A stretch of 64,000 bases of DNA, taken from NCBI GenBank assembly GCA_045603745.1, contig JAZUMQ010000032.1, positions 7,133 to 71,132 on the forward strand, given 5' to 3'. The stretch comes from Eubacteriales bacterium. Its GTDB lineage: Bacteria > Bacillota > Clostridia > Oscillospirales > UBA644. Each line of letters starts with the position of its first letter. Position 1 is the stretch's first letter. Below the pieces are notes generated by a model, which was not told the DNA's origin, did not search any database, and saw only the letters and a list, made by a program, of their open reading frames with translations. Made by a program: the position numbers and the translations under genes. This document shows, one piece after another, positions 37,566-47,364 of this stretch.

Positions 37566-40150
37566 GTTTGTATCAGAAATACCGCATCCGCGAGATGGGG
37601 AAAGATTTCAATATGAAGCCTCAGGACATTATGTCCTTGCTGGAGGCTCGTTTCGGGGAAACCCCCGCAAATCAGCAAGCGGTTTTGACTGCCGATCAGC
37701 TGAATTACTTGTTTGACTATTTTATTCAAAAAAATCAAATTCCGTCTTTGGCGCTTTACTTCCAGGCATATCAGGGGAAAGAACCTTATGCCGTAAAACA
37801 ACGTCGTGCAAAGCAGGAACGGGAAGCCAAAGAAGCGGAAGAACGCCGTAAGGCAGAAGAAGCCGCCGCAAAGGAAGAAGCTCGCCGTCAAGCGGAAGCC
37901 GCCAAAAAGAAGGCAGAAGCCGATGCCGCGAGAAAGGCAGCGGAAGAAGCCAAGAAACAACAAGAATTAGAGGCGAAAAAAGCGGAAGCCGCCGCCAAGA
38001 AAGCGGAAGAAGACGCCGCTAAAAAAGCTGCCGCGGACGCCCGTAAACAACAGACGAAGAAGCCCGCCGTGAAACGGGACAATCTGAAACGGGTCGAATT
38101 CCCCGCAAAACAGGATCAGAACCAAGGAAGCGTCAACTTCGTTTCCGGTGAAGATCAACGTTCCGGTTACGGTCGCGACGTAATGGTTGTCGATACCCGC
38201 AACGCCGCCGACTTTAATCAGGCGAAGTACGATTCCCGTTTGGACGACATCGTCGGAAATAAGGGCAATCGTGACTACGGCAAGAGCAAGCAGAAGATCA
38301 ATAAGAAAAACAACAAAAAGCAGAATTTCCACAGCAAGAAAGAAGACGAACAGGCAAAACTGAAGCGTATGGAACAATACGAAAAAGATAAGAAGAAGCA
38401 CTTGAGCAACGTGGTTCTTCCCGAAAGCCTGTCGGTCAGCGAACTTTCCGCAAAATTGCGCACCACCAACGTGGAAGTTGTTAAGAAATTAATGGAACTG
38501 GGAATTATGGCAAGCGCCTCTCAGATCATCGATTACGATACGGCCGCTTTGGTTGCGGAAGAATTGGGTGCAAAGGTCACCAAAGAAGTGGTTGTTACCA
38601 TCGAAGAACAACTGTTCAACGATCACGAAGACGAAGCTTCCGAATTGGAATCCCGTCCTCCGGTCGTCGTCGTTATGGGGCACGTTGACCACGGGAAAAC
38701 CTCCCTGCTTGACGCAATTCGCAATACCAACGTAACTGCCGGAGAAGCCGGTGGTATTACCCAGCATATCGGCGCTTACAGTATTCACGTCAACGATCAT
38801 GATATTACTTTCCTCGATACTCCCGGCCACGCCGCCTTTACGGCGATGCGCGCCCGCGGTGCTATGGTTACCGACGTTGCGATTATCGTGGTTGCCGCCG
38901 ATGACGGTATCATGCCTCAGACGGTGGAAGCCATTAACCACGCAAAAGCGGCAAATGTTCCCATTATCGTTGCCGTAAATAAAATGGATAAACCCACCGC
39001 AAACTATGATCGGGTTCTTCAGGCGTTGACCGAATATGAATTGGTTCCCGAAGAATGGGGCGGTGACACCATCTGCGTTCCCGTGTCTGCTATGAAACAT
39101 GAAGGAATCGACCAGTTGTTGGAAATGATCCTTCTCGTTTCCGAAGTAGCAGACCTGAAAGCCAACCCCAACCGGGAAGCAAAGGGTACCGTTATCGAAG
39201 CAAAATTGGATAAAGGCCGCGGCCCCGTTGCCTCGGTTCTGATCAGCAACGGCACACTCCATTCCGGAGATGTCCTCGTTGCCGGCGCTTCCGTCGGTCG
39301 CGTTCGCGTTATGACCAACGACAGAGGAATGCGTATTAAAGAAGCCGGACCTTCCACTCCCGTGGAAATTATCGGTCTTTCCGACGTTCCCGCTGCCGGA
39401 GACCAGTTTGAAGTGGTCAAAGATGAAAAAATGGCGCGGGAATTGGTGGAAAAACGGAAGTTTGAACAAAAACAAGAAACCTTCCAGGATCGTGCGAAAG
39501 TCTCCCTCGACGAATTGTTCTCTCAAATTCAGACCGGAGATGTCAAGACTTTGAATTTGATCGTCAAGGCTGACGTTCAAGGCTCCGTCGAAGCCGTTCG
39601 TTCTTCTTTGCTCAAACTTTCCAACGACGAAGTTAAGGTTAAGGTCATTCACAATGCCGTCGGTGCAATCACTGAATCCGACGTGATGCTTGCCCAAGCT
39701 TCCAACGCCATTATTATCGGATTTAACGTCCGCCCCGATGCAAACGTTCGCTCTCAGGCGGAAAAAGAAAAGGTCGATATTCGTCTTTACCGTATTATCT
39801 ATGATTGTCTCGAAGAAATGGAAGCCGCCCTCAAGGGAATGCTGGCTCCCAAGTTTACCGAAAACGTGCTTGGTCATGCGGAAGTCCGCCAGACTTTCCG
39901 TGTTTCCGGCGTGGGTACCATCTGCGGTTGCTACGTCAAGGACGGAAAGATCGTCCGCTCCGCATCGGTTCGCCTGGTTCGTGACGGAATCGTGGTCTAC
40001 GAAGGCAAAATCGACTCTCTGAAACGCTTCAAGGACGATGCCAAGGAAGTTGCCGAAGGCTTTGAATGTGGGATCGGATTGGATAAATTCAACGACGTTA
40101 AGGAAGGCGACGTAATTGAAGCCTACCTCATGGAAGAAGTGAAAAACTAA
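37562..40150 (+). CDS. infB: Translation initiation factor IF-2
   Basis: 862 aa from ATG 37562 (ATGA overlap with ylxQ); G domain [21 protein letters not shown]; C-terminal domains. Confidence 0.96.
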   Translation: MSLYQKYRIREMGKDFNMKPQDIMSLLEARFGETPANQQAVLTADQLNYLFDYFIQKNQIPSLALYFQAYQGKEPYAVKQRRAKQEREAKEAEERRKAEEAAAKEEARRQAEAAKKKAEADAARKAAEEAKKQQELEAKKAEAAAKKAEEDAAKKAAADARKQQTKKPAVKRDNLKRVEFPAKQDQNQGSVNFVSGEDQRSGYGRDVMVVDTRNAADFNQAKYDSRLDDIVGNKGNRDYGKSKQKINKKNNKKQNFHSKKEDEQAKLKRMEQYEKDKKKHLSNVVLPESLSVSELSAKLRTTNVEVVKKLMELGIMASASQIIDYDTAALVAEELGAKVTKEVVVTIEEQLFNDHEDEASELESRPPVVVVMGHVDHGKTSLLDAIRNTNVTAGEAGGITQHIGAYSIHVNDHDITFLDTPGHAAFTAMRARGAMVTDVAIIVVAADDGIMPQTVEAINHAKAANVPIIVAVNKMDKPTANYDRVLQALTEYELVPEEWGGDTICVPVSAMKHEGIDQLLEMILLVSEVADLKANPNREAKGTVIEAKLDKGRGPVASVLISNGTLHSGDVLVAGASVGRVRVMTNDRGMRIKEAGPSTPVEIIGLSDVPAAGDQFEVVKDEKMARELVEKRKFEQKQETFQDRAKVSLDELFSQIQTGDVKTLNLIVKADVQGSVEAVRSSLLKLSNDEVKVKVIHNAVGAITESDVMLAQASNAIIIGFNVRPDANVRSQAEKEKVDIRLYRIIYDCLEEMEAALKGMLAPKFTENVLGHAEVRQTFRVSGVGTICGCYVKDGKIVRSASVRLVRDGIVVYEGKIDSLKRFKDDAKEVAEGFECGIGLDKFNDVKEGDVIEAYLMEEVKN
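37799..38062 (+). repeat. Low-complexity Lys/Glu/Ala-rich coding tract in the IF-2 N-terminal region
   Basis: [53 protein letters not shown]...; GAAG/GCNG-rich DNA generates the spurious ORFs 37343-37963(-) and 37888-38082(-). Confidence 0.8.
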
Positions 40151-40170
40151 TCTTCTTCGGAAAGGATATT

Positions 40171-40521
40171 ATGGGATCGAATTATAAGCAAAATCGAGTC
40201 AATGAAGAGATTAAACGTGCCGTCGCTTCGATCCTTTCGGAAGTCAAAGATCCTCGGATCCCCCCGATGCCTACGGTGGTATCGGTGGACGTATCGGGAG
40301 ATTTGAAATATGCGAAAATCTATCTCAGTTTTCTTGGAAATTACGATGAATCGGAAGTCCGCAAGGGATTGAAAGCCTGCACCGGATACGTACGTCGGCG
40401 AATCGGAGAATCGGTCCGCATGCGCAGTACCCCCGAACCGGTCTTTATTCTCGACCGGTCCTTGGAACAGGGGATCCGTATCAATGAAATTCTCAAGAAT
40501 CTGGAAAACGGAAACGATTGA
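40171..40521 (+). CDS. rbfA: Ribosome-binding factor A
   Basis: 116 aa; RVNEEIKRAVASILSEVKDPRI, VSGDLKYAKIYLS, TPEPVFILD. Confidence 0.92.
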   Translation: MGSNYKQNRVNEEIKRAVASILSEVKDPRIPPMPTVVSVDVSGDLKYAKIYLSFLGNYDESEVRKGLKACTGYVRRRIGESVRMRSTPEPVFILDRSLEQGIRINEILKNLENGND

Positions 40522-41501
40522 TGATGAACGAAACTTATCTTGCCGCCTTCCGGGAGCTGATGACCATGGACGACGTCCTCATTCTGGTTCATCGAAACCC
40601 GGACGGCGACTGCTTGGGGACTGCCTTTGCTCTCAAGCGTGCTTTTGAAAATCTCGGTCGCCGGGTTTGTGTTGCCGCAACCGGTACCGTTGACCGTAAT
40701 TTGCGGGAGATCACCGACGGTGCGGAAGAACTAAAACCCATGTTTTTACCTTCCGCAATCGTCTCCGTGGACGTTGCAACCCAGCAGATGTTGGGGCCCG
40801 ATCTGGCTTGTTACGCCGACACGGTGGACTATAATATTGACCACCATTATACGAATACGGAATACGCCCGCAACAATATCGTTTTTGGCTCCGCCTCTTC
40901 GGCGGGGGAGGTTCTTTTTGACCTTTTCCGTGCTTGTGATGTGGAGATTGATGACGTTATGGCGGAAAAATTATACGCCGCCATTGCTTTTGATACCGGG
41001 TGTTTCCGCTATTCCAATACCACCGCCCACACCCACGAAGTCACCGCCGAGTTGTTGAAACGTTCTTTTGATGCTCCTGCCGTTGTTCGCACCATGTTTG
41101 ACATCGTTCCTTTGCGTCAGCTGAAGATGGAGCGAGTTGCCATGGATTCTCTTCACTTGTACCATGACGGAAAAGTGATCCTTTTGCCCATCACCCGGAC
41201 AATGTTGGAAGAAAACGGCGCGAAAGATGAAGACGTATCGGGCATGGTTGCTTTGATTCGCCGGATTGAGGGCGCTGTGGTTTGCGCAACGTTAAAGGAA
41301 ACGAAAGAGGGAGACGTCAAGGTGTCCCTCCGTTCTGCTGACGATGTGTTTGACGTTTCCGCAGTTGCCGCTGTCTTTGGCGGAGGAGGACACGTAAAAG
41401 CGTCCGGTTGCCTGATTAAGAGTACTATGGAAGATGCTGAAGCACGTCTGCTTGCCGCGATCGAGGGATATTTGCCTCAGAAAAAGGAGACCGACCGATG
41501 A
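40521..41501 (+). CDS. nrnA: DHH/DHHA1 phosphoesterase, NrnA-type oligoribonuclease / pAp phosphatase
   Basis: 326 aa; HRNPDGDCLG, NIDHHYTN (DHH), GGGGHVKASG (DHHA1 GGGH). Confidence 0.85.
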   Translation: MMNETYLAAFRELMTMDDVLILVHRNPDGDCLGTAFALKRAFENLGRRVCVAATGTVDRNLREITDGAEELKPMFLPSAIVSVDVATQQMLGPDLACYADTVDYNIDHHYTNTEYARNNIVFGSASSAGEVLFDLFRACDVEIDDVMAEKLYAAIAFDTGCFRYSNTTAHTHEVTAELLKRSFDAPAVVRTMFDIVPLRQLKMERVAMDSLHLYHDGKVILLPITRTMLEENGAKDEDVSGMVALIRRIEGAVVCATLKETKEGDVKVSLRSADDVFDVSAVAAVFGGGGHVKASGCLIKSTMEDAEARLLAAIEGYLPQKKETDR

Positions 41502-42370
41502 TTCTTCTTGTGGACAAGCCAGCCGGAATGACTTCCCAAAAGGTCGTTTCCAAAATCAAACACGCATCTGCTCATAAGTTAAAGATCGGGCACACGGGTA
41601 CGTTAGACCCCATGTGTACCGGTCTTTTGCCGGTTTTAACCGATAAGGATACGAAACTTACGCAGTTCTTCCCCCATAAGAAAAGTTATCTTGCGTCCAT
41701 TCGTTTCGGGCTACGCACCGATACCGGCGATGTGACAGGGGAGACGTTGGAGACTTCTCCTTTGCCCACAGAGAAGGATTTTTGTAAAATCTTGCCGTCC
41801 ATGATCGGTTCTTGTCAGCAAATACCCCCCATGTATTCCGCCGTTCACGTAGAGGGAAAACGTCTTTACGAATTGGCTCGCATGGGAGTGGAAGTGGAAC
41901 GAAAGCCCCGAACCGTGGAGATTTTCGATCTTACTTACGTTGACCGCATCGGGGAAGATGAATACCGCTTTTCCGTCACCTGCTCTACGGGTACTTATAT
42001 CCGAACCCTGTGTGAAGACATTGCCGCAAAAATGGGGCTCGTTGCCACCATGTCCGCCCTGCGGCGCACTGCTTCCAACGGATTTTCTTTAGAAAATGCT
42101 TATTCTTTGGAAGACGTCATTTCCTTTGCCGAGCAGGATAAATTGGATCAAATTTCCATCTCATCGGAAGGTGCTTTCTCTCATCTTTCTGCTGTAACGA
42201 TTCCTCAAAATGGGGAACATTATTACCTTAACGGTGGGGTTTTAACCACCAATCGCCTATCCCCTCAACCGGACGCGGGGTTTTATCGGGCATATTCCGT
42301 TTCAAGCCGTTTTCTTGGGCTTGTTCAGGTGGAACAGGGAAATGCAAAAGCCGTATTTTTAGCGGATTGA
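41498..42370 (+). CDS. truB: tRNA pseudouridine(55) synthase
   Basis: 290 aa; KIGHTGTLDPMCTGLLPV catalytic Asp motif, QIPPMYSAV, GTYIRTL. Confidence 0.93.
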   Translation: MILLVDKPAGMTSQKVVSKIKHASAHKLKIGHTGTLDPMCTGLLPVLTDKDTKLTQFFPHKKSYLASIRFGLRTDTGDVTGETLETSPLPTEKDFCKILPSMIGSCQQIPPMYSAVHVEGKRLYELARMGVEVERKPRTVEIFDLTYVDRIGEDEYRFSVTCSTGTYIRTLCEDIAAKMGLVATMSALRRTASNGFSLENAYSLEDVISFAEQDKLDQISISSEGAFSHLSAVTIPQNGEHYYLNGGVLTTNRLSPQPDAGFYRAYSVSSRFLGLVQVEQGNAKAVFLAD

Positions 42371-42400
42371 TGTTATAATTCATTGAAAGGCGGAATACCT

Positions 42401-43279
42401 ATGTCTGTTGTTACCGTCGGTGATTTTGACGGTGTTCATTTGGGACATCGAACTTTGCTTCGTGAAGTCATTTCTTATGCAGAATCCCTTGGGATTCCTT
42501 CTATTGCTGTCACTTTTGACCGAAATACCAAAAGCTTTTTGCGACAGACCCCTTCCTTTTACTTAACCGATTTTGAAGAGAAAAAATCTTTGATTCATTC
42601 GGAAGGGATTCAAACGGTTTGCTCCGTTCCTTTTGACGCGGAGTTTTCAAAATTATCTCCCGGGGCATTCCTTTCTTTCTTGCGAGAGCGATACGGCTGT
42701 ACCGACTTGTTCGGCGGTGCTGATTTTCGGTTCGGAAGTGGGGGAGAAGGGACGCTCGTCGACGGCGCTTGCGTCGAGGGAATTCGACAACATGTCGTTA
42801 GCTTAAAAACCGATCTTGTCAAAATCTCTTCCTCGTCCATTCGCTCTGCCTTGACCGACGGCTTAATCGAGCGGGCAAATTCTTGGCTCGGCTACCCTTA
42901 TTCCGTTTCGGGAAAGGTTTTGGAGGGAAAGCATCTCGGTCGCACCATTGGTTTTCCGACGGTCAATCTTTCTCCCCCTGCAGAAAAAGTGCTTCCCCGC
43001 AACGGTGTATATATTACGGAAACGTTGATCGACGGTATTGTCTATCGTTCTGTTACCAACGTTGGAGTTCGCCCCACGGTAAAAGACGGAGATTCTCGGA
43101 ATATCGAGACTCATCTGCTTCATGCAAGCGGAGATTTTTACAATAAAAACATCACCGTTCGCTTCCTTTCCCGCTTGCGGGACGAGATTCAGTTTTCAAA
43201 TCTCGGGGAATTGATGCAACAACTCCGAGCGGATCGTGATATGGCGTTTTCGTGGCACAATCCGGAACATTTTTCGTGA
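42401..43279 (+). CDS. ribF: Bifunctional riboflavin kinase / FMN adenylyltransferase
   Basis: 292 aa; VGDFDGVHLGH, SSSSIR, C-terminal kinase GRTIGFPTVN...ETHLL. Confidence 0.92.
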   Translation: MSVVTVGDFDGVHLGHRTLLREVISYAESLGIPSIAVTFDRNTKSFLRQTPSFYLTDFEEKKSLIHSEGIQTVCSVPFDAEFSKLSPGAFLSFLRERYGCTDLFGGADFRFGSGGEGTLVDGACVEGIRQHVVSLKTDLVKISSSSIRSALTDGLIERANSWLGYPYSVSGKVLEGKHLGRTIGFPTVNLSPPAEKVLPRNGVYITETLIDGIVYRSVTNVGVRPTVKDGDSRNIETHLLHASGDFYNKNITVRFLSRLRDEIQFSNLGELMQQLRADRDMAFSWHNPEHFS

Positions 43280-43337
43280 TTTTGCACAGTTTTGATGGAA
43301 AAATGATGATTTTCGGTAATATGTCACAAAAATAACA

Positions 43338-43366
43338 TTGATTTATTGTTCAAAATATGCTATAAT
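43338..43366 (+). promoter_or_regulatory. Near-consensus sigma-A promoter upstream of the PucR-like regulator and ftsEX cluster
   Basis: TTGATT (43338-43343), 17-nt spacer with extended TG (43358-43359), TATAAT (43361-43366). Confidence 0.65.
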
Positions 43367-43470
43367 ATAGGTGAAGTTGACCAACAAAGTGTACACATGA
43401 GCCTAAAACCATATCTATTTTCACAACAGCGCGGCAACTTCAATAACGGGAAGAAGGATTGGAAGAAACA

Positions 43471-44556
43471 ATGTCAACAAAAGTATACCAGGAATTGATC
43501 CAAAAAACCAGAGACGTCACCGACCGTATTATCGGAATTGTGGACGATGCCCGCACCGTCGTCGCGTGCAGCGACCTTTCCATGATCGGTCAGAGTGTTG
43601 AGACCAACGTTGCAGAATATTTCACGATGTCTGACATTGCCGTTATCAATGGCTATACATACCGTGTGATCGGTTCTCGGGTCAAGTTCGAGAACTTTAT
43701 CTTCGTCAAGGGTACCGACGTGACCGCAGAAACTCTTTCCGGTGTTTTGGCGCTCTCCCTTAGCACGATCAAGGAATATCATGACGAAAAGTACGACAAA
43801 GGAAACTTTGTCAAAAACGTCATGCTCGAAAATATTCTTCCCGGCGATATTTATCCCAAGAGCAAGGAACTTCACTTCAACGGCGATATTCCTCGGGTCG
43901 TTATTTTAATTCGCCTTGTAGACCGTACCGAAGTTTTTGCTTATGACATCGTTCAAAATCTTTTCCCCGAAAAAACGAAGGATTTCGTCGTGAACGTCGG
44001 GGAAAACGATATTGCTTTGGTTAAAGAAGTCAAGGCAGGCGTTCAGCAGAAGGACTTGGAAAAACTGGCGCGCTCCATCGTTGACACTTTGAATTCCGAA
44101 TTCTATACCCGTGCCGTGGTCGGAATCGGTACCGTCATCAATAACTTACGCGAACTTTCCCGTTCCTACAAAGAGGCCCAGGTCGCTATCGAAGTAGGCA
44201 AGGTCTTTGACGTGGAAAAGGTCATTATGAGCTATTCCAATCTCGGGATCGGCCGTTTGATCTATTATCTTCCCACCACCCTTTGCAATATGTTCCTTGC
44301 AGAAGTGTTCAAGAAAGGCTCCATTGATTCTCTTGATCACGAAACCCTCTTTACGATTCAAAAATTCTTTGAAAATAACCTTAACGTTTCCGAAACTTCC
44401 CGCAAACTCTTCGTCCATCGCAATACTTTGGTGTATCGCTTGGAAAAGATTCGCCGTCTCACCGGATTGGATCTGAAGCAGTTTGACCACGCCATCGTTT
44501 TCAAAGTAGCGTTGATGGTTCGGAAGTATTTGGAGTCTAACCCGACGAAGTATTGA
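43471..44556 (+). CDS. PucR/CdaR-family transcriptional regulator
   Basis: 361 aa; C-terminal PucR HTH NVSETSRKLFVHRNTLVYRLEKIRRLTGLD; N-terminal sensor-like domains. Confidence 0.8.
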   Translation: MSTKVYQELIQKTRDVTDRIIGIVDDARTVVACSDLSMIGQSVETNVAEYFTMSDIAVINGYTYRVIGSRVKFENFIFVKGTDVTAETLSGVLALSLSTIKEYHDEKYDKGNFVKNVMLENILPGDIYPKSKELHFNGDIPRVVILIRLVDRTEVFAYDIVQNLFPEKTKDFVVNVGENDIALVKEVKAGVQQKDLEKLARSIVDTLNSEFYTRAVVGIGTVINNLRELSRSYKEAQVAIEVGKVFDVEKVIMSYSNLGIGRLIYYLPTTLCNMFLAEVFKKGSIDSLDHETLFTIQKFFENNLNVSETSRKLFVHRNTLVYRLEKIRRLTGLDLKQFDHAIVFKVALMVRKYLESNPTKY

Positions 44557-44569
44557 TCGGAGGTTCGTT

Positions 44570-45268
44570 TTGATCCAATTTGTAAATGTAACCAAGCGGT
44601 ATGCAAAATCGGGCACCGTGGCATTGCGGAAGGTTAATCTCCGCATCAACGACGGCGAATTCGTTTTTATTACCGGGAATTCCGGTGCCGGGAAATCTAC
44701 GATGGTTCACCTTCTTACTTGTGAAGACGTTCCTTCCAAAGGAGACGTGATCGTCGACGGATTGAACACCAAAAAACTTTCCCGCCGCCAGATCCCCAAA
44801 TACCGTCGTCGTATCGGCATCGTATTTCAGGATTTCCGCTTGATCCCCAATCTTACCGTATATGATAATATCGCCTTCTCTCTCCGGGTCGTGGGGCGCC
44901 GTCGGAAAGAAATCGTCCGCCGGGTAGAGCGGGTTATGGAACTTGTCGGCCTTTCCCACAAGGCGAAAGTCTATCCCGACCAGCTTTCCGGTGGAGAACA
45001 ACAACGTGTAGCCGTCGCCCGTGCTATTGTAAATAATCCGTCTATGATTATCGCGGACGAGCCTACCGGGAACGTCGACCCCTCTCTCTCGGTGGAGATC
45101 ATGAATATGCTTCTCCGCATCAATCAAATGGGCATCACCGTTATCGTGGTTACCCACGAACAACACTTGGTGGATCAGATGAATCAGCGTGTGATCCGCA
45201 TCGAAGAAGGTCGTGTCGTTTCCGATACCGCAGATCCCGAAACGGAGGTGGCTTCCGATGAGTCTTGA
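44570..45268 (+). CDS. ftsE: Cell division ATP-binding protein FtsE
   Basis: 232 aa; [11 protein letters not shown], Walker [18 protein letters not shown], Walker [11 protein letters not shown]; TTG start. Confidence 0.93.
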   Translation: MIQFVNVTKRYAKSGTVALRKVNLRINDGEFVFITGNSGAGKSTMVHLLTCEDVPSKGDVIVDGLNTKKLSRRQIPKYRRRIGIVFQDFRLIPNLTVYDNIAFSLRVVGRRRKEIVRRVERVMELVGLSHKAKVYPDQLSGGEQQRVAVARAIVNNPSMIIADEPTGNVDPSLSVEIMNMLLRINQMGITVIVVTHEQHLVDQMNQRVIRIEEGRVVSDTADPETEVASDES

Positions 45269-46133
45269 CAGCCTTTGGTTTTTGGTTAAAAGCGCTTTGA
45301 ATAATCTGTACCGGAATATCCTTTTGACTGTGGCATCGGTTACGGTGTTGACCATCTGCCTTACCCTTTTGGGTTGCACCACCCTGGTGGTTCAGAACGT
45401 GAACGCCTTTGTGGAAGAAATCGGCGAGAGCCGTATCGCAGTCTTTCTCGAAGAAGATATGGACGATCTTGACATCGTCCGTTTTAAAGAAAAACTGATT
45501 GCCATCGGTAATATCGGCGAAGTTACCTACGAAACAAAAGAACAAGCCCTGAAAAATTATCTGGAATCCCTTGGTAACTCCACCGGAATTGAAGATGTGC
45601 TCGATCCCGAAACCTTCCGTTCTTCTATGATTTTTGAAATCCTTGATCTTTCTAAATATGACCAGACTCTTTACGAGATCCGAAAATTGGACGGCGTTGG
45701 GGAAATTCAAGAGCGTCGGGACGTGGTCGAAGGAATTCTTGAGATCCGTCAAATCTTATCCTTCCTGTCGATTTGGGTTATTGCCTTGTTCTTAGTGGTA
45801 TCGATGTTTATCATTATGAACTCGGTCAAACTTTCGGTTTACGCCCGTCGGTTGGAGATCAACATCATGAAATACGTCGGAGCTACCGACTTTTTCATTC
45901 AGTTGCCGTACTTTATCGAAGGCATGATTATCGGGCTTTTGGCCGGTGTCATTTCCTTCTTCGTGCAGTTCTACGTTTATACTGCCGTCCTGTACCCCAT
46001 TCTTTCCGAGTTGTTTACCCCCCTTTCCTTTACCGGGAAACTGTCTTTCTGGATTCCTTTCTTCCTGATCGGCGGGGTTTTGATCGGAATTATCGGGTCG
46101 GTATACCCGGTGAAAAAGTATCTCAAAGTTTAA
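45258..46133 (+). CDS. ftsX: Cell division permease-like protein FtsX
   Basis: 291 aa; 4 TM with a large first extracytoplasmic loop; GGAGGTG SD; MKYVGATDFFI motif. Confidence 0.9.
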   Translation: MSLDSLWFLVKSALNNLYRNILLTVASVTVLTICLTLLGCTTLVVQNVNAFVEEIGESRIAVFLEEDMDDLDIVRFKEKLIAIGNIGEVTYETKEQALKNYLESLGNSTGIEDVLDPETFRSSMIFEILDLSKYDQTLYEIRKLDGVGEIQERRDVVEGILEIRQILSFLSIWVIALFLVVSMFIIMNSVKLSVYARRLEINIMKYVGATDFFIQLPYFIEGMIIGLLAGVISFFVQFYVYTAVLYPILSELFTPLSFTGKLSFWIPFFLIGGVLIGIIGSVYPVKKYLKV

Positions 46134-46163
46134 CCTCGTTCCTTGTTTTTATAAGGTGGTTTT

Positions 46164-47348
46164 ATGACAAAAAAAATCCTCACTCTCTTCATGGCGGCCA
46201 TTCTTATCTTCAGTGCCCTTCCGATGACTTTTACGGCTGCCCCTGCTACTTCCGTGGAAGATGCCAGGGATAAAATTCAGCAGTCCCAGGATCGTCAAGA
46301 AGAATTGGAAGCACAATTGGAAGCTTCCAAAAAAGAAGAAAAAGCCTATATGGAGCAAAAGGAAATCGTAGAACAACAATTGGGCGAACTCAACTCCGAA
46401 ATCAATGCCTACGACGAGTTGATTGCCGATTTGGATTCTCAGATTTCTTCGATGGAAAAATCCATTGCCGACGCAGAAGTTTCTTATCAGGAGAATATTG
46501 ATAAGTTTAAAGTGCAAGCGCGTGCTTCTTACGAGCAAGGACAGATTACCTACCTGGACGTTCTTTTAGGGGCGGAAAGTTTCTCCGATTTTCTTCTTCG
46601 CTTGGATTATGTCAAGCAGGTTGCTCTCTATGAAAGAGAATTGTTGGATACAATCACCGAAAGTATTCAAACCATCAAAAACAGCAAAGCCCAAGTAGAG
46701 GCAAAACGTTCGGAGCAGTTGACTGCTCGGGAGGAAGTCGAAGATCGGAAATCTACGATTGACGATAAAAATGATTATCTTCAAAGTATCGTCGATAAGA
46801 TGAATAAGGATCAGGCTTATCTGGATAAATTGATTAAAGCCGAACAGGATAACGAAGAAAACCTCAACAAATGGATTCAGGAAGAACTTTCCGGTCGCGG
46901 AGACTCCGACGTGGTTTACGATACCGGGGATTGGTTATGGCCTGTAGAGCGGGGCAATAGTTATCATTACGTTTCTTCCGGTTACGGTTGGAGAACGTTG
47001 GGGGGAAAAAGAAGCTTCCACTATGCCATTGACATCGCCGTTCCGAGAAATACCAAAGTTCTTGCCAGTAAAGCCGGAGAGGTCATTTATGCCGGTTGGA
47101 AAAGCGGCGGTTACGGTTGGCTCGTCCAGATCGACCACGGCAACGGATACATTACTTATTACCTTCATTTGAATTCCAAGCCCCCCGTTTCGGTCGGACA
47201 ACGGGTTCAAAAAGGACAAGTCATCGGTTACGTCGGTATGACCGGCGGCACCAGTACCGGCTATCACCTTGATATTCGTTTTTATGTAAACGGAAGCCCC
47301 AAAAACCCCCTGAATTATCTGAAAAAACCCAGTTGGCTGACACGTTGA
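46164..47348 (+). CDS. Coiled-coil M23 (LytM-domain) peptidase, PcsB/EnvC-like partner of FtsEX
   Basis: 394 aa; signal peptide, about 230-aa heptad-rich region, C-terminal LytM domain with FHYAIDIA (HxxxD) and TGYHLDIRF (HxD where HxH is expected). Confidence 0.85.
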   Translation: MTKKILTLFMAAILIFSALPMTFTAAPATSVEDARDKIQQSQDRQEELEAQLEASKKEEKAYMEQKEIVEQQLGELNSEINAYDELIADLDSQISSMEKSIADAEVSYQENIDKFKVQARASYEQGQITYLDVLLGAESFSDFLLRLDYVKQVALYERELLDTITESIQTIKNSKAQVEAKRSEQLTAREEVEDRKSTIDDKNDYLQSIVDKMNKDQAYLDKLIKAEQDNEENLNKWIQEELSGRGDSDVVYDTGDWLWPVERGNSYHYVSSGYGWRTLGGKRSFHYAIDIAVPRNTKVLASKAGEVIYAGWKSGGYGWLVQIDHGNGYITYYLHLNSKPPVSVGQRVQKGQVIGYVGMTGGTSTGYHLDIRFYVNGSPKNPLNYLKKPSWLTR

Positions 47349-47364
47349 TGAACGGAGGTTCTTT

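Noticed and set aside
37799-38062. Repetitive GAAG/GCCG-rich DNA that could be mistaken for a tandem repeat or array
   Set aside because: It encodes the Lys/Glu/Ala-rich N-terminal linker of IF-2 in frame. There is no fixed repeat unit or spacer structure.
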